Assembly (NCBI RefSeq): GCF_006345805.1
Contig: NC_043005.1
Span: 46,686,001 to 46,750,000 of the forward strand
Direction of reading: 5' to 3'
Source: Octopus sinensis
Taxonomy: Eukaryota
DNA: 64,000 nucleotides
The stretch's first letter is position 1. Each line of letters opens with the position of its first letter. This document shows, piece after piece, positions 10,091 to 23,845 of the stretch. The position numbers were made by a program, and so were the translations under genes. The notes under the pieces are model-generated. The model was not told the DNA's origin. It saw only the letters and a list, made by a program, of their open reading frames with translations, and made no database searches.

Positions 10091-12197
10091 GGAGAATGAA
10101 AAGAGGATGTGATTGTGACATAACATTGCAGATGCTAGTTACAGCAAAAGTAAAATCGATTAAAACATGACAGCTCCAACTCTTCTGCAAGTTTGTTCTC
10201 TAAACTTCCGAGATAATGTGGTATCCATTAACCTATTGTCATTGATTACGTTGATGATGATGATGACTCATGCAACGGTTGATCCGAGTTAGAAAACTAC
10301 ACACTGACACTGCACATGCTCTAACAACGATGTATCTTCTCTCTTTGTGCTGGTCTTTTAAATATTCTATTTTAAACAATGTAAGTCTTGAAAATCATAT
10401 GTATCTTCCGGATCACCTGTTTAAATGACAATACTGGTGAGTGCCAATAACGTTTAAGATACTCGGTATTTCGCTGTATAGTATCAGATCGTATGTTCTA
10501 AACCATCCGTTGCATACACTTCTTTTTAGAATCATCAAGATGCAAGTTTGACTTGAAAACTTTCGATTCCAGTCATTTTTCGATGAGTGAGGATACTGCT
10601 GTCCTTTTCTTAGAACTCAAAGAAATCTTGTGGATGGCACGAAAGCCATGTCTTGCATTGTAGACATCCAGCTTGGTTCCCATTGTATAACTGCGACGTT
10701 GAGAGAGCCTGCCAAATGCCAAAGTAGCTACAACTATTGAGGATAGAGCAGATTATGAAGTGTAAAGCTGTCGTTAAATTTGGCATGGAATACATCAAGG
10801 CCTATGGCATATTTTATAAACCATTGTGACTAGACTACCTGGAAATTATTGAAATTATCATGGAGGACTAAAGATGGCAACAGAAGTGCTTATCTTGGCT
10901 GAAATCAGATGGACATATCAAAGAATAGCACGATTCTAACTGCTAATAACAGAATTGAGTCATGTGGACATCTAAAGAATTATATTATGTTCACATAATA
11001 CGAAAATTTTAATAACAAAATTGTTATTACTTTCATAGGATAATTGAACAAACAGAAAACTAATTTACTTCTAGAAAATGAAGAATGACTTTTAAATGGT
11101 AGCGGCATGAGCAAGAATAGGTTGGTGGGAGTTTCGGGGAGATGGTCACTGAAATGAGAAATTAAACAGTATAGACCAGAGTTGCGCATCTACATAGTCA
11201 AGACTGACAAATGTTCGAGTCATGGTTTTGATTCTCCTTTGTAGCTTTTATACTACTTGCATGACTCAAATGTGATCACCTTGGTTTGTATCTCCTTCGA
11301 CCGCATGTCTGTGCAACTAAGTTCAATTTACGGTGAAATTCACATCACAGTTTCGATTCTTAATTTCAACTATCCTCGTCACTTTCATAACTAAAATGGG
11401 ATTTTCAGAGCTGTAACGCTTTTGACTAATGAATCCGCTCGATCAATTCTAACTGACCGAGTTTGTATTGATCGGTTGATCAGCCGAACTGAACAAACAT
11501 ACGTCACAAATTTTAATCTCTGTTGTAGCTTAGCCTGTCATTTGCATAACTGAAACTTGTCGTAAAAAAAAGAAGAGAAAAGATACACTAATGTAACTAA
11601 ATCTAATTTTTCCTTTTCTTCATATCTGAAACTACATGTCTAACTAAGAACTCAATACATTTGAATGGAAAAGACGCTGAATATGACTAGAAGACTTGAG
11701 TGCTGACTAAATGTTAAATAAAACTTTGTTTTATCTTATTCGAATCTAAGTTGTCTCAGTTGATTACTGTCGTTCAAGTCTCCATGAAAATGCAAAACAA
11801 TATGTACGAGAGAAGTCAACCTAGGGAATCTCTATAGAGTCAAACGAAATGCTAGGAATAGTTATCAAGTTTCGTTCAAGATTATTGTGTTTGTAGAATA
11901 CTCAGCCACTTACATTTTAAATTATCGTCGAACAACGGAGACACATCACACACACACACACACATATGGTAAGGACAAGAATACTTGAGATAATCATTCT
12001 TCATCTCTATGTCGTTTGACTTCCGCTCCCATCAATGTCAACATTCTCTTTTACTGTTGAGGTGGTGGGGATTGGCGGAATTGTTAAAGTGTCAAACAGG
12101 ACGCCTTGCACTGAATTCTTGGGTGGTAGACTCGGAGCGGTACCTGGTTCGACATAACTCAATTCATCTCATAACTGAGTGCCTGCAATGAAGTTAC

Positions 12198-12299
12198 CTC
12201 TGTAGCATGGGGGCGAGGTCTCCAGGGTTACGATGAATTCTTCTCTGTTGTCTTGGAATCTTTGAAGAAACAAAACTCATGAGCACTGTTCTTCCCTTC
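12198..12299 (-). other. Candidate spliced exon (unsupported by homology)
   Basis: Acceptor ttatttttatttcgccgattgatcag|G, donor GAG|gtaact, 102 nt, one open frame KGRTVLMSFVSSKIPRQQRRIHRNPGDLAPMLQ. Confidence 0.2.
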
Positions 12300-13209
12300 C
12301 TGATCAATCGGCGAAATAAAAATAAGTGAATTAAAATACCACGAGAATCTGTTAAATGATTTATACAGGAAAGTTTCAGATTGCTGAGTTTATCATATGC
12401 TTTGGTTCTCATGATTTTTGGTTTATGCCTAAGTCTAGCAATTTTGAGAAGAGGAACTTGGTCGATATCATCGACTCCTGTACTCGGCTAGTACTTTATA
12501 TTAGTGCCTTCTAAATGACGAAAGACAAAGTTGACCTCCGCAGGATTTGAACGCAAGCAGTGAAGACTTGTAAAAAATACTGTAAGCACTCGTACGATTC
12601 TTCCAGCACACCACCTTATGTTTGGACTATAAAGTGCAGTGTTAGTAAGTAATGGCGCAAACAGACCAACTTATTTAGCAGTAAATTGTGTGCGAATACT
12701 TTCATACTGAAATCAGCGTAAAATTGTCTAGCATAGGCATATAGTGCTAAGTTCAACATTTTGAGATATTAGATTCACAAAATGAGTTGGTTTAGATATA
12801 TTACATATAGAGTTTTCAGTGATACCTCTGTAATTGAACAGATTAGAACACTCATCAATGTATTACAACCGTAATGAATTACGTTTAGAAAACGGTAATG
12901 ATCTAACTGATGGGAAAGAACCACGTTTGTAACCCCCACTAAACGACCACTTTACGGAGTAAAAAAGATGATAAATACGAGACTGAAATTTCTTTCTACA
13001 TAAAATTGGTGATTATAATATCCAATATCATGGAAATTAAAACCTCAAAAGTCAATTCTTAATTGAAAAGAACATTTGATACAAGAATCAATAATATATT
13101 TGTTTCTGTTTAGTTTTATGTTTGGAAGCAGAAAGAAAAAAAAATAACTCCGATGAACTAAGACGATAGGTGTATTTTACTGGGCCATATTTTATTAAAA
13201 TACAGAGAT

Positions 13210-13391
13210 ATAGGCGCGGGCGTGGCCGCGTGGTAGAAAGCTTGCTTCCCTACCATATGGTTCCGGGTTCAGTCCCACTGCATGATACCCTGGGCAAATG
13301 CCTTCTACTATAACCTCGAGCCGAACAAAAACGGGGGCTGATGGAGGTCCATCGTATACGTGTGTGTGTGTGTGCGTTTTATATATATATA

Positions 13392-13429
<38 letters not shown>

Positions 13430-13640
13430 GCGTGTGTGTATATATGTGTCCACCATCATCAGCACCTGACAATGGTATTCGTATGCTTAGCTCCCCGTAA
13501 CCTAGCGGCTTAGCAAAAGAAACCGATAGAATAAGTACCAGGCTTTAAATAATATGTTCGGAGGTCGATTTATTCGAGTAAAAATTCTTCAAGACAGTGA
13601 TTCAGCATGGCCTTAGTCTAATGACTGAAACAAATAAAAA
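13210..13640 (+). mobile_element. SINE family A with internal deletion
   Basis: taggcgcgggcgtggcc..gtggtagaaagcttgcttcc...ggttcagtcccactg...tail aatgactgaaacaa. Confidence 0.8.
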
Positions 13641-15221
13641 TAATAATGACATTTTTAAGTGTACAAGACAAATTATTAAAGCTGCGTTGGTGTTTGCACT
13701 CTTAGGTTGGAGAGAAGGACAACTTGAAATCAATAAGAAATTGTTGGAACATTAGGGAATGTTGTCTCTTCAAATGGCGTATCTTAGACAGTTTGGCTAC
13801 GAGGTACTATTTCTCTGTAGACTGCCAATTTCATTCCGAAAGTGAACGCGAAAAGGAAAATAGCTGAATGTAGAGATGAACGTGTCTTGGAGGCTGTTTT
13901 GTTCTGATTACCGCGAAATTTCCACCATTTTACGAAGACACGTACAAAAATGGATGACAGAGAGCGGGAAAAAATAATGATAGATGATGTTACAAAAAGA
14001 AAAGGAATTGAAAACATAACATGTCTAAAGTAGCATAGCTAACAAAAGAGATATGAGCAAGGGAAGGAACCAAAAGAAATGTTTGCATAGAAGTGTATTA
14101 AAGAAATGGTGTGGGGAAAAGAGTGAGGAAAAGAGCGAATCAGGGTGAGATATGAGGTGCATTTTGCTGCACATGAACGAACAACGGCAAATAAAGTCAT
14201 TAAGAAGAAGACAGTCGGGCAGGTTATTTCCCAGAAGTGTCACCTATGAGCTAATTTTGATGAAACAATTGCTCAAGTTGTGTTGGAATATCAGAAACAC
14301 GAAGAAAGGCAGTCCAAGTGTTATACGCATGTCAGGAACGTACAAATTCTTTAGTGGGAATTATGCAAGACGCTTGACATATAATGTACAGGACAAAATA
14401 TAAAAAAAGAAATTAAAGGAAAAGAATAAAATCGCAATCTTAAGAACGCAAGTGAAAACAAGAGCGAACATACACTTCTGGGAATTTCTAATCTAAACAG
14501 ATCACATAGTAAAAGAGAGCAGAACAGACAGCGTGGTTTAGTGAGGTGTGATATAACATGCCGTGGTGGTAGATAAAGGACCACTAAGAAACTACTTGAC
14601 AACTGTGGCATCTTGACTAATCGATGTTTAGAAGAAAGAAACATGAACTTAAGAAGATTTTTCAAAATAAAAAAGAAAAGGGGAAAAAAATGTCAAGCGA
14701 TAATTGATTATAGAAAATGTGAAGATTGTTAATAGAAAACGCTTTGAGTGATTTGTGAAATAAATACATCCGCCGCATCTAAAACTACTACTACTGCCGC
14801 GGCTACGACTGAATATGCTTTCTGATACTGACATTTTTAAGTGAAGAGGAATAAGGTGGTAATGCATCCATGTTGCAGAGAAAATTGCATCTGTGGTCCC
14901 ATCCTGATTCACAAAACATGCTGCGTGCCCAAACCTATTTGTAATCCGCAAAGCCAAGCACCGTGTGTTGTTTTATGAAGTCCAGCTGGTGTGTGATGTA
15001 CCTATGTTCTAATGGCGCAGTTTAGTCATAAATAGGCAGATATTCGTCTTGTTTATTAATGCCCTATAGGGACACGGTACTTCGTTATGTAACCATAATA
15101 TAATACAAAGTATAGTAAACGTTTTTATTAGTCAATACTGTCCTGTGTTAGCAGTGATATTACGTTTTTTTTTTGAGATTATCTATACAGATTTTCTATA
15201 ATTATAATCTCTCTCATTCTA

Positions 15222-15274
<53 letters not shown>

Positions 15275-15299
15275 CTCACACACACAAACACATAGACAG

Positions 15300-16205
15300 G
15301 AAGGAAGCATGGCTATGGGTTCGCAATTATCATGAATAATGGCCAACATATATATGGAATACTTCGATGATATGGCTTTAGAATTAACACCATTAAAACC
15401 AACGATACGTTGATGTCACCTGGCCCTATCATGAAGATGTCAATGTACTGCTGAATCATGTGAACTCAATAAGACTATCTACACAGTTCACAGTGGAAAG
15501 AGAAAAAGAACGACCAGCTGGCATTTCTGGACGTAGTAATAACTGGCACAGAGTATGGATTCAAGACATCTATATACCGTAAACCAACCTTCACAGGATA
15601 ATATTTCAACTTCAATTCCCACCATCCATACAATATAGACAGCCAACATCGGGCAAAGAGCAATTAGCGATCCTGACACATACCACCAATAGATGATCAG
15701 GCTAAGAAACACTACTGTGTAGCAACTATCCGGAAAGCATACAATCCACTTCAGCTAAGAGGAGGAAAGAGGATGACACCAAAGAAAAGCCTTCCACAGT
15801 CTGTGGAGAGGCTATGTTAGAGGTCTCTCGGAAAAGATACAAAAGATGTGTGGTGCATATGACATCAGGTTATTATTCAGAAGTAATTCGACACTTCGCA
15901 GACATCTCTTCTGAATGGAGCCCCACCCCATAGAAGAGAATATGACCAAAGATTGTGTACTCCATCCCATGCAGCTGTAGTAAGGTATACAAAGTAGAAA
16001 CGTGCCGCCTCTTTAAAGTAATGGCAAACGAACATCGAGAAGCCGTAACACGAGAGGATACTGAAAAGTCAGGTACAAGCGATCACGTATGGAGAGAAAA
16101 TGGAGACCACCAACCTCGAAATAATAGAGAGTACCACAAGAAAATTAGAAAACTTAAGAAAGCAGCGTATATGCTAGGACATAAACCCAAGCAGGCGAAG
16201 TAAAG
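15300..16205 (+). pseudogene. Decayed Penelope-like element (RT + GIY-YIG)
   Basis: MAMGSQLS*IMANIYMEYFD, RYVD, FTVERE, AFLDVVI..KTSIYRKPTFTG.YFNFNSHHP, VYSIPCSCSKVYKVET..EH..SDHVW; many stops and frameshifts. Confidence 0.85.
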
Positions 16206-16269
16206 AAATTAATACAATATCGGAAACAATGATAAGGAAAATAAAAGAACATATTGCCACAATAACAAA

Positions 16270-16460
16270 AATGATTTCAAATTTTGGCACAAGGCCTGCA
16301 ATTACATCAATCACAGTGCGCAGCTAGTACTACATATTTTATCGAACCCGAAAGGATAAAAGGCAAAGTCGACCTCGGTGGAATTTAGACTCAGAACGTA
16401 AAGACGGACGAAATACCGCTAGGCATTTTGCCCGCGTGCTAATTATTCTACCAGCTCGCA
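16270..16460 (-). mobile_element. SINE family B
   Basis: ccgaaaggataaaaggcaaagtcgacctcggtggaatt..actcagaacgtaaagacggacgaaatacc. Confidence 0.8.
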
Positions 16461-17689
16461 GTCTTTATAGCATTAATAACAGATTACATAGATATTAAGC
16501 TCATAAGCCTTAACAATTCACCGTAACGAGTATATTGTAATGGATAAAAGCGCTAGATAATGCAGTGCAGTCGCCTGGAGGTTCTGAGTTCTATCCCAGG
16601 AAAAGTAAATTCACAAAGATCAACTGGAGCGAAAAATATCCCGAAACGCAGAGAGCAGAATAAGAACATGGTACTCATGGATCAAATAAAGGGTTAGGTT
16701 CGATATTACGATACAACAACAGAGTATGATGGAGTGTACAACGGCCGAAAGGTAGTGAAAGCAACAATCAAGATGAAGACACCTATCCGACTACTGGAAA
16801 TAGTGTACATAATTCGAGCTTTGTCTTTTCGCCGAAGTTAGTCAGATGCTCCCTTAAAAGAGATGTAAAACTAGAACCAATGCTGCCACCGAAACTGTAG
16901 AAAATTATGTAGTTTTTGGAGGCTAGAGTATTGTTCAGTTAATCCACGAATTCGGTCACACACACCAAATCAATGATTTCTGTAATAGTGTAGTGTCCTA
17001 CTGGCATATTTATTTGCTGTGTCTTCCTTATCACTGTTGAGGTGATCCGGATGGAATTGTTGGCTGTATATGCTAATGCCTACTTGATCTGAAGAAATTA
17101 GATATTGAGCAATAATCACATATCAAGCTGGTATATCAACAACTGAAATACTGCTATTATATCAGAAGAGCATAAATTGTAGAGATTAATATTTTAAAAG
17201 TATAATTTGCTTTATCAGTTCAATCGAATGAAAGTTCTTATTCCATTGCAAAACTTACAGCAGTTTCATGAATGACATGGACTTAATTCCACAATATACT
17301 GCTAACAACACTTACATTTAAATAACGGATAAATTTACAGCAGAGTTTAATTGCTGTTACTACTTTTATTGTACAACAGAATTTTTAAATATTTTCCAAT
17401 GTCTGAAAAATATAGTGGCATTTGGGGATGTAATAAAAAGGAAATCACTGCTTCATCTCGTTACAAGTCCCTTTGAACTCTTTTCCGACAGAGAGTCAAT
17501 ACAATACAGAAGATTAATTCACAAAACATTAAATGCACAGATTGTAAATTCGTCGTTGGGTTTACTCTTCAAAAAAGAAAATATGAAACATTTATACTTA
17601 ACAACTGTGGGTTCTAAATCAAAAATTGTGGATCTGGAGGCGCGGTTCCCGCAGCCTAACCCATGAACGAACATGCAAGATGAATCACT

Positions 17690-18030
17690 ATCACCAGTAG
17701 TCTCTTCAAATGACACCTAGCCATTTGGCTGGATACCATGCTCAAGACAACAGCCCCTTACAAGCGGTGACACTGCTAACAAAGGGTTCAAATCAGATGA
17801 ACTACATTGATAATTTTAGGACCACAACATTACTAAACACAGATTTCAAGGTTGGTAAAGAGGTTGGCTGGCAATGGTTTCGTTTGTATTGGGCAAACAT
17901 ATACAGCCCTGAACAGATTTATCCACTACAGTATTCATCTCATGCGATATATGATAGAGGGCGAGGGGAGTGAATAAAGAACGTGGAGTGGGTGGAGCCC
18001 TGATCAATTTAGGTCTAAGGTAAAGTATCT
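17690..18030 (+). pseudogene. Decayed L1/Tx1-clade RT N-terminal fragment
   Basis: VTLLTKG...IDNFRTTTLLNTDFKV; IHYSIHLMRYMIE; ALINL resemble L1/Tx1 RT domain 1-3 motifs. Confidence 0.6.
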
Positions 18031-18354
18031 TCAGGCTACACCCACAGTACTCGCAAGATTACATAAATCTGATATGATGGAAATATCTACTACATTTAGT
18101 TGGTATTATAGACATATCAACTACACAGAGCTGATCGATACGCCCATAATACTATTTTCATAGCGTCTATTGCCATTAATAGCCGACGAGAATGCATCGT
18201 AGCTCTTCGCTCCAACATTCGAAACTCCGAGTACTATAATGACAACCTTTTACTGTTTGTTCTAAATTGTAACATATAAATAATCCCCTATTTATCTAAT
18301 ATCAAGGTCTCATTCTTTTGTTGTCGCTTATTATTATCATTATTATTATTATTA

Positions 18355-18397
<43 letters not shown>

Positions 18398-18399
18398 TC

Positions 18400-18590
18400 G
18401 CGGGAGGAGTGAAGTCGATTACATTGACACCAGTTCTCAACTGGTACTTAATTTATCGCCCCCACCCCCACCGAAAGGATGAAAGGCAAAGTCGACCTCG
18501 GTGGAATTTGAACTCAGTACGTGAAAATAGATGGAATACTGCTAAGCATTTCACCTGATGTGCTAATGATTCTGGCAGCTTGCCGCCTTT
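18400..18590 (-). mobile_element. SINE family B next to (ATT)n
   Basis: ccgaaaggatgaaaggcaaagtcgacctcggtggaatttgaactcag; head rc ggcggcaagctgccagaatc. Confidence 0.8.
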
Positions 18591-19586
18591 ATTGTCAAGT
18601 TAATATGAACGCTATTTAATATAGTTTACGAGTAACTGAAGCGGGATAACGATGTCGCATTTGATATAGAAAGGTATTAATGTGATGATGGTGGTGATGA
18701 TGAAGATGATGATGATGATGATGATGAAGATGATGATGATGATGATGATGATGATGACGATGATGATGATGACGACGACGATGATGCCGACGACGATGAC
18801 AATGATGTTGGGGAGGAAGAGTAGAAAGATATTCACAAAAGACTAAAGGATTCTTCAAGATCAGTGAATCATTTTACGTAGTTAAAATTGGCCACACATG
18901 GCACGATATGTTCGTAGAACCGACCAAATGCCTTCCAATTTCTTCCTACTTGACTGACTGACAAATCATGAATAACAGGTGTAGATTGTTTTCACTTTAG
19001 CTACCTGCACAAAGACACCGTTCCTCGCAATTTTTCGATAGACGCTACCTTGTCAACGTAAATGATTGGTTGACTTAATTGGAGAAGTCTTCTTTCACAC
19101 ACACACACATACACACACACACTCACACATTCAAACAGACAAGTCCTCTTTCACACACACACACACACACACACATTCAAACAGACACACAACATCTACA
19201 CACTCTACATTTATATCAATGGGTGTTGATTGTATTCTTAGAATGTTTGTCATTTTCGTAATTATTAGTTCATGTTTGGTTTATAAAAAAAAAAAATCTC
19301 CGAGCTCATTAAATATTTTTAGATCCAGATTTAATAGTCTATCGCAAAGGAGTTGTTCGTGGCATGATTATTACTGCCCTTTCGTAGTAGACAGCTAAAA
19401 ATGCGGCATCGCTATTGTTACGGAGGATGTCACCATGAAAACGATTTCTTCAAATCAAGTTTTGGTAAGACAAATTAACCAAACAACATCTGAGAATAAG
19501 TTGATGATTGTGTATGTGAGATAGTTTTTATCTTGGTGAGGATAGATGTGATATTTGCAAAATAGAGATATGATATCTGAAGGAAT

Positions 19587-20035
19587 GTAGGCGCGGGCGT
19601 GGCTATGTGGTAAGAAGCTTGCTTCCCAATCACATGATTCCAAGTTCAGTCCCACAGCATGGCGCCTTGGGCAAGTGTTTTTTACTATAACCTGGGGCAG
19701 ACCAAAGCTATGTGGTCCGTTTGGTAGGCGGAAACTGAAAGAGGTGCATCGTGTACACACACACACATATGTGTATATATGTATACACACACACACATAA
19801 ATATGTGTTTGTGTATCTGTCTGTGTTTGTCCCCACCACCACCACCACCACCACCACCACCACTTAAAAACCAGCGTTGGTGTGTTTGCTCCCCGTAGCT
19901 TAGCGGTTCGACAAAAGAAACCGATAGGATAAGTACCATGCTTGAAAGTAAGTTCTGGGGTTGATTCATTCGTCTAAAAATTCTTCGAGGTGGTGCTATA
20001 GCATGGCCGCAGTCAAATGACTGAAATCGGTGAAA
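19587..20035 (+). mobile_element. SINE family A, full length
   Basis: Head, CORE-like domain, internal (CA)/(TA)/(CCA)n, tail gcatggccgcagtcaaatgactgaaa. Confidence 0.85.
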
Positions 20036-21042
20036 GAACGGAAGAAAGATAAATGGTGATGCTGGTGATGTTGAAGACGACAATGCCGGTGATAATAATG
20101 ACGATGATGTTGAAAAATTCATTTGTTCACGAAAACTAATGCATACTTGAACATCGGTAGATATTTTGCGAAAGTTAAAATTGGCCAAATATAGTAAGGT
20201 GTAGTCATAGAGTGACCAGAAGTGGTGTCATAAATTCATTCTACTTGCCTAGACAATGGTTGACAAAATATGAAGATTCTTCTCTTTACATTCGATGCAA
20301 TTTGCGCAGCTGCATCTATGCTGTGAGTCACAAAGCGCTTCCTCAAATTTTCTTGGTTTTTCGATATACACAGTATCAGAGAAGTGGATAGCTTATTACA
20401 ATTGCAAAATTTCCTTATTTCCCGCTCTCTCTCTCTCCTTTTCTTTTGTTCACACACAACAAAACACAACAAAACAAAACTGTACACACATGTATACATA
20501 TACACACACATGTTCCAAACGAAAAGAAAAACATGTTATTGATATTACGTACATTTCAAGAATTAATAATCAGTCAAACCGATTACATACCATTTCATCA
20601 GATGGAAGACATCGAAATATAAAACACACTGGAATAATATATAAATATATATACAGGCGTACCTAAAAGCATACGGTAACAAACACACATCATACATAGT
20701 TGAAGGTATGATGTCAGTCAAAAAGCTCTTCCTCAAATATTGACGATTTTCAATAGACAACGTATCAGGAAATTTCATCCGTTTAATCGAAAGGTTACGG
20801 CTCATCTGTATGTTAGCTGAAAGATGGTATGGTTGGTTGAAGATAGTCATGAGATCAAAGCGTCATGCGACTCTATGATCGATATTTATGCCAAAAGTTA
20901 AAACTATTAGTCCAGTAAATATGTTACCTGGCAGAATGGATAACAATTACATGTTAGGTCCTCGTATAAAGTCAACTGAGAATATAAGTGCTAAATGAGC
21001 CAAAGATAAGGCAGTGTTAATCTTGCGATAAGTATGGGTGAA

Positions 21043-21355
21043 GGCGCGTGGGTTAGTGGTTAGTGTATTCGGCTTACAATCGTGACTTCAGTCATCGGCG
21101 GCGCATTGTGTCTTTGAACAAGACACTTTATTTCACGTTGCTCCAGTCCACTAAGATGGCAAAAATGAGTAGTAACTGTATTTGAAAAGGTTATCAATGT
21201 CCCATTCCGTATCATGCTGAATATCCCTGAGAACTACATCAAGAGTATGTGTATCTGTGGAGTGCTTAGCCAATTTTTACATTACTTTTCACGAGTAGGC
21301 TATTCCGTTGATCGGATCATCTGTAACACTTGTTGTCGTAACCGACGTAGTGCCT
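21043..21355 (+). mobile_element. tRNA-derived SINE family D
   Basis: ggcgcgtgggttagtggttag head; gtgtctttgaacaagacactttatttcacgttgctccagtccact domain; homologues at 24115, 26370, 27500. Confidence 0.75.
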
Positions 21356-22109
21356 GGGAATACATATATATATGTATAAGTTAATTAGAGGTTATATCAA
21401 CTACTTAAAGGGATGATTACATCCAAGAAAATATTGGTTCTATACTTTATGTCTTTTGAAAATAAAATATACCTAAATCAATAGGTGATTATACTATCCG
21501 TGTTCAATTAAAAAAAGAAAATGGAGAGTTAGTGGTTAATATTTATTTATTAATAAATTGACAAGCATTTCTTCCTACAGCTGTTTCGATTTGTACTCGT
21601 TGAATAAATTATAAATTTATATAAATGACGCATGACCTAGTGGTTAGAGTGTTTCACGCACGATCACAAAATCGTGGTTTCAATTCCTACAACAGTGCTG
21701 TGTTGTGTTCTTGAGTAAAATACTACATCTCCACTTGATTTGCGGCCACTTAGACACCTGACACGGGGTCCACCGTGCACCTGCTCATGTAATATCTATA
21801 TTATAATGGAAACAGCTGCCAATTAATTAGGTACGTAACAGTTACAAAAAGAAAGGAATTATTAAAGGCTTGACCGTCTGGAATTTGTTTTTATAAATTC
21901 ATGAAACAAAAAATTTCCTGTTATTTCGACTCCTTAAGTTTATTGAATATTTGAACTACAAGATTTTCTGAAATTTAAATATTCGTTGCATTCACTGCGG
22001 TATAGATTTTAATTCGTTGCAGGTGAAATTTTTTGTTTTTACTTGCAACAGTTTCCCACTCTCTGATGCTTCCATTTTAATTAATGATAATCTAATATAT
22101 ATTTATTTC

Positions 22110-22310
22110 AAGGCGGCACGCTGACAGAAAAGTTAGCATGCTTAGCGGTATTTCGTTTGTCTTTACGTTCTGAGTTCAAATTCCGCTGAGGTCGGTTTTG
22201 CTTTTCATCCTTTTGGGGTCGATAAATTAAGTACCAGTTGCGTATTGGGGGTCGATCTAATCGACTGATCCTCTCCCCCAAAATTCGGGGGCTTGTGCCT
22301 AGAGCAGAAA
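22110..22310 (+). mobile_element. SINE family B
   Basis: aaggcggcacgctgacagaa...gttctgagttcaaattccgctgaggtcg...ggggtcgataaattaagtaccag. Confidence 0.8.
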
Positions 22311-22694
22311 AGAATATATATTCATTTCAATATTTTCATTTCAAGTTTTAATTCGCTATTAACAAAACCCACAGTTTATTCTATATATGTAATTCACTAT
22401 TTGCAAAACCCACAGTTTATTCTATATACGTAATGTAAAAAAACAACACATTTTTTGAATGAATGAATGCTATTAGAAAAAATAGCTGTATAACTTTGAG
22501 ACTTATGATACGAGGCATATATAAACATACATAGCCATTCTTTGGTTTGAACTCGCACACTTCATTAATTTCAGTAATTTTTTTATTTATTTACTTTTTG
22601 CGCACGCTGTTCAGCTCTATGTATTTGTAGTCAGTCACACACGAACACATGTTTCTGTATGTACATTTCTATACATTTATGTGTGTGTGTGTGC

Positions 22695-22708
<14 letters not shown>

Positions 22709-22735
<27 letters not shown>

Positions 22736-22948
22736 GGTGTGTTGTCATGTATACGTACATACAAAAATACATATGCATACATATTTTTGGCTGTGTGTGA
22801 GAGAGAGAGAAAGTGAGTGATGCCTAAGTGGCACTTTCTCTCTCCTTCATACACACACACGTACACATACAAAAAAGAAGTATGCATATTTTTGTATGTA
22901 CGTATACATGACAACACACCCCTTCACTCTCTCTCTCTCTCTCTCTCT
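22709..22948. repeat. Inverted duplication (~70-bp arms, ~100-bp spacer)
   Basis: (ga)n-gtgaaggggtgtgttgtcatgtatacgtacatacaaaaata exactly inverted at 22879-22948, then a 4-nt indel. Confidence 0.9.
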
Positions 22949-22959
22949 CAACATACATA

Positions 22960-23095
22960 TAGGCGCAGGAGTGGCTGTGTGGTAAGTAGCTTGCTTACCA
23001 ACCACATGGTTCCGGGTTCAGTCCCACTACGTGACACCTTGGTCAAGTGTCTTCTACTATAACCTCGGGCTGACCAAAGTCTTGTGAGTAGATTT
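22960..23095 (+). mobile_element. SINE family A head
   Basis: taggcgcaggagtggctgtgtggtaagtagcttgcttaccaaccacatggttccgggttcagtccc. Confidence 0.85.
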
Positions 23096-23429
23096 ATATA
23101 TATATTTGTATGTGTTGGAAAACATGACTGTGCGGCAAAGAAGTTGTGCGGGAATGAACGGTACATTAGAATTACATATCCCCTAGGTAAAATAAGTGGA
23201 GATTTAGTACATTTAACGAACAAGAACTTAATATCTCTGAAACTACTTACATAAATAATACTTAATTTCTAAGACGTAACGTTATATGTCAGCATGTAAG
23301 AACAAACAATACACAAAACAAAATGACGCACCACTTTTTGATATCGACTGACATCACGGCTTGTGATGTTGTACCGAATCACGATGTTAGATGTGATCAC
23401 GGGCAATGATTTTAAGAATGTAGTCTTTA

Positions 23430-23845
23430 CTCTACTCTTTTACTTGTTTCAGTCATTTGAATGAGGCCATGCTGGAGCACCGCCTTTAGTTGAGCAAATC
23501 GACCCCAGGACTTATTCTTTGTAAGCCTAGTACTTATTCTATCGGTTTCTTTTGCCGAACCGCTAGCTTATGGGAACGTAAGCACAGCGACATCGGTTGT
23601 CAAATGATGCTGGAGGTGGGGACATAGACACATAAACATGCACACAAACACACACACACACACACACTCACACACTCACACACTCACACACACATATATA
23701 TAAACATATATACATACACATATATACGACGGGCTTCTTTCAGTTTCCGTCTACCAACTCCATTCACAAGGCTTTGGTTAGCCCGAGGCTCCGAAACCAT
23801 GTGGTTGGTAAGGTTGCTACTTACCACACAGCCACTCCTGCGCAT
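23430..23845 (-). mobile_element. SINE family A (internal deletion in head)
   Basis: Tail, internal (CA)/(TA), head ending gccactcctgcgc. Confidence 0.85.

Noticed and set aside
10600-10870. Possible L1/Tx1 C-terminal remnant (LKEILWMARK...)
   Set aside because: Similarity too weak and interrupted to support by eye.
19085-22434. Small direct duplications (19085-19185; 22363-22434, period 41 bp)
   Set aside because: Ordinary slippage-type tandem duplications.
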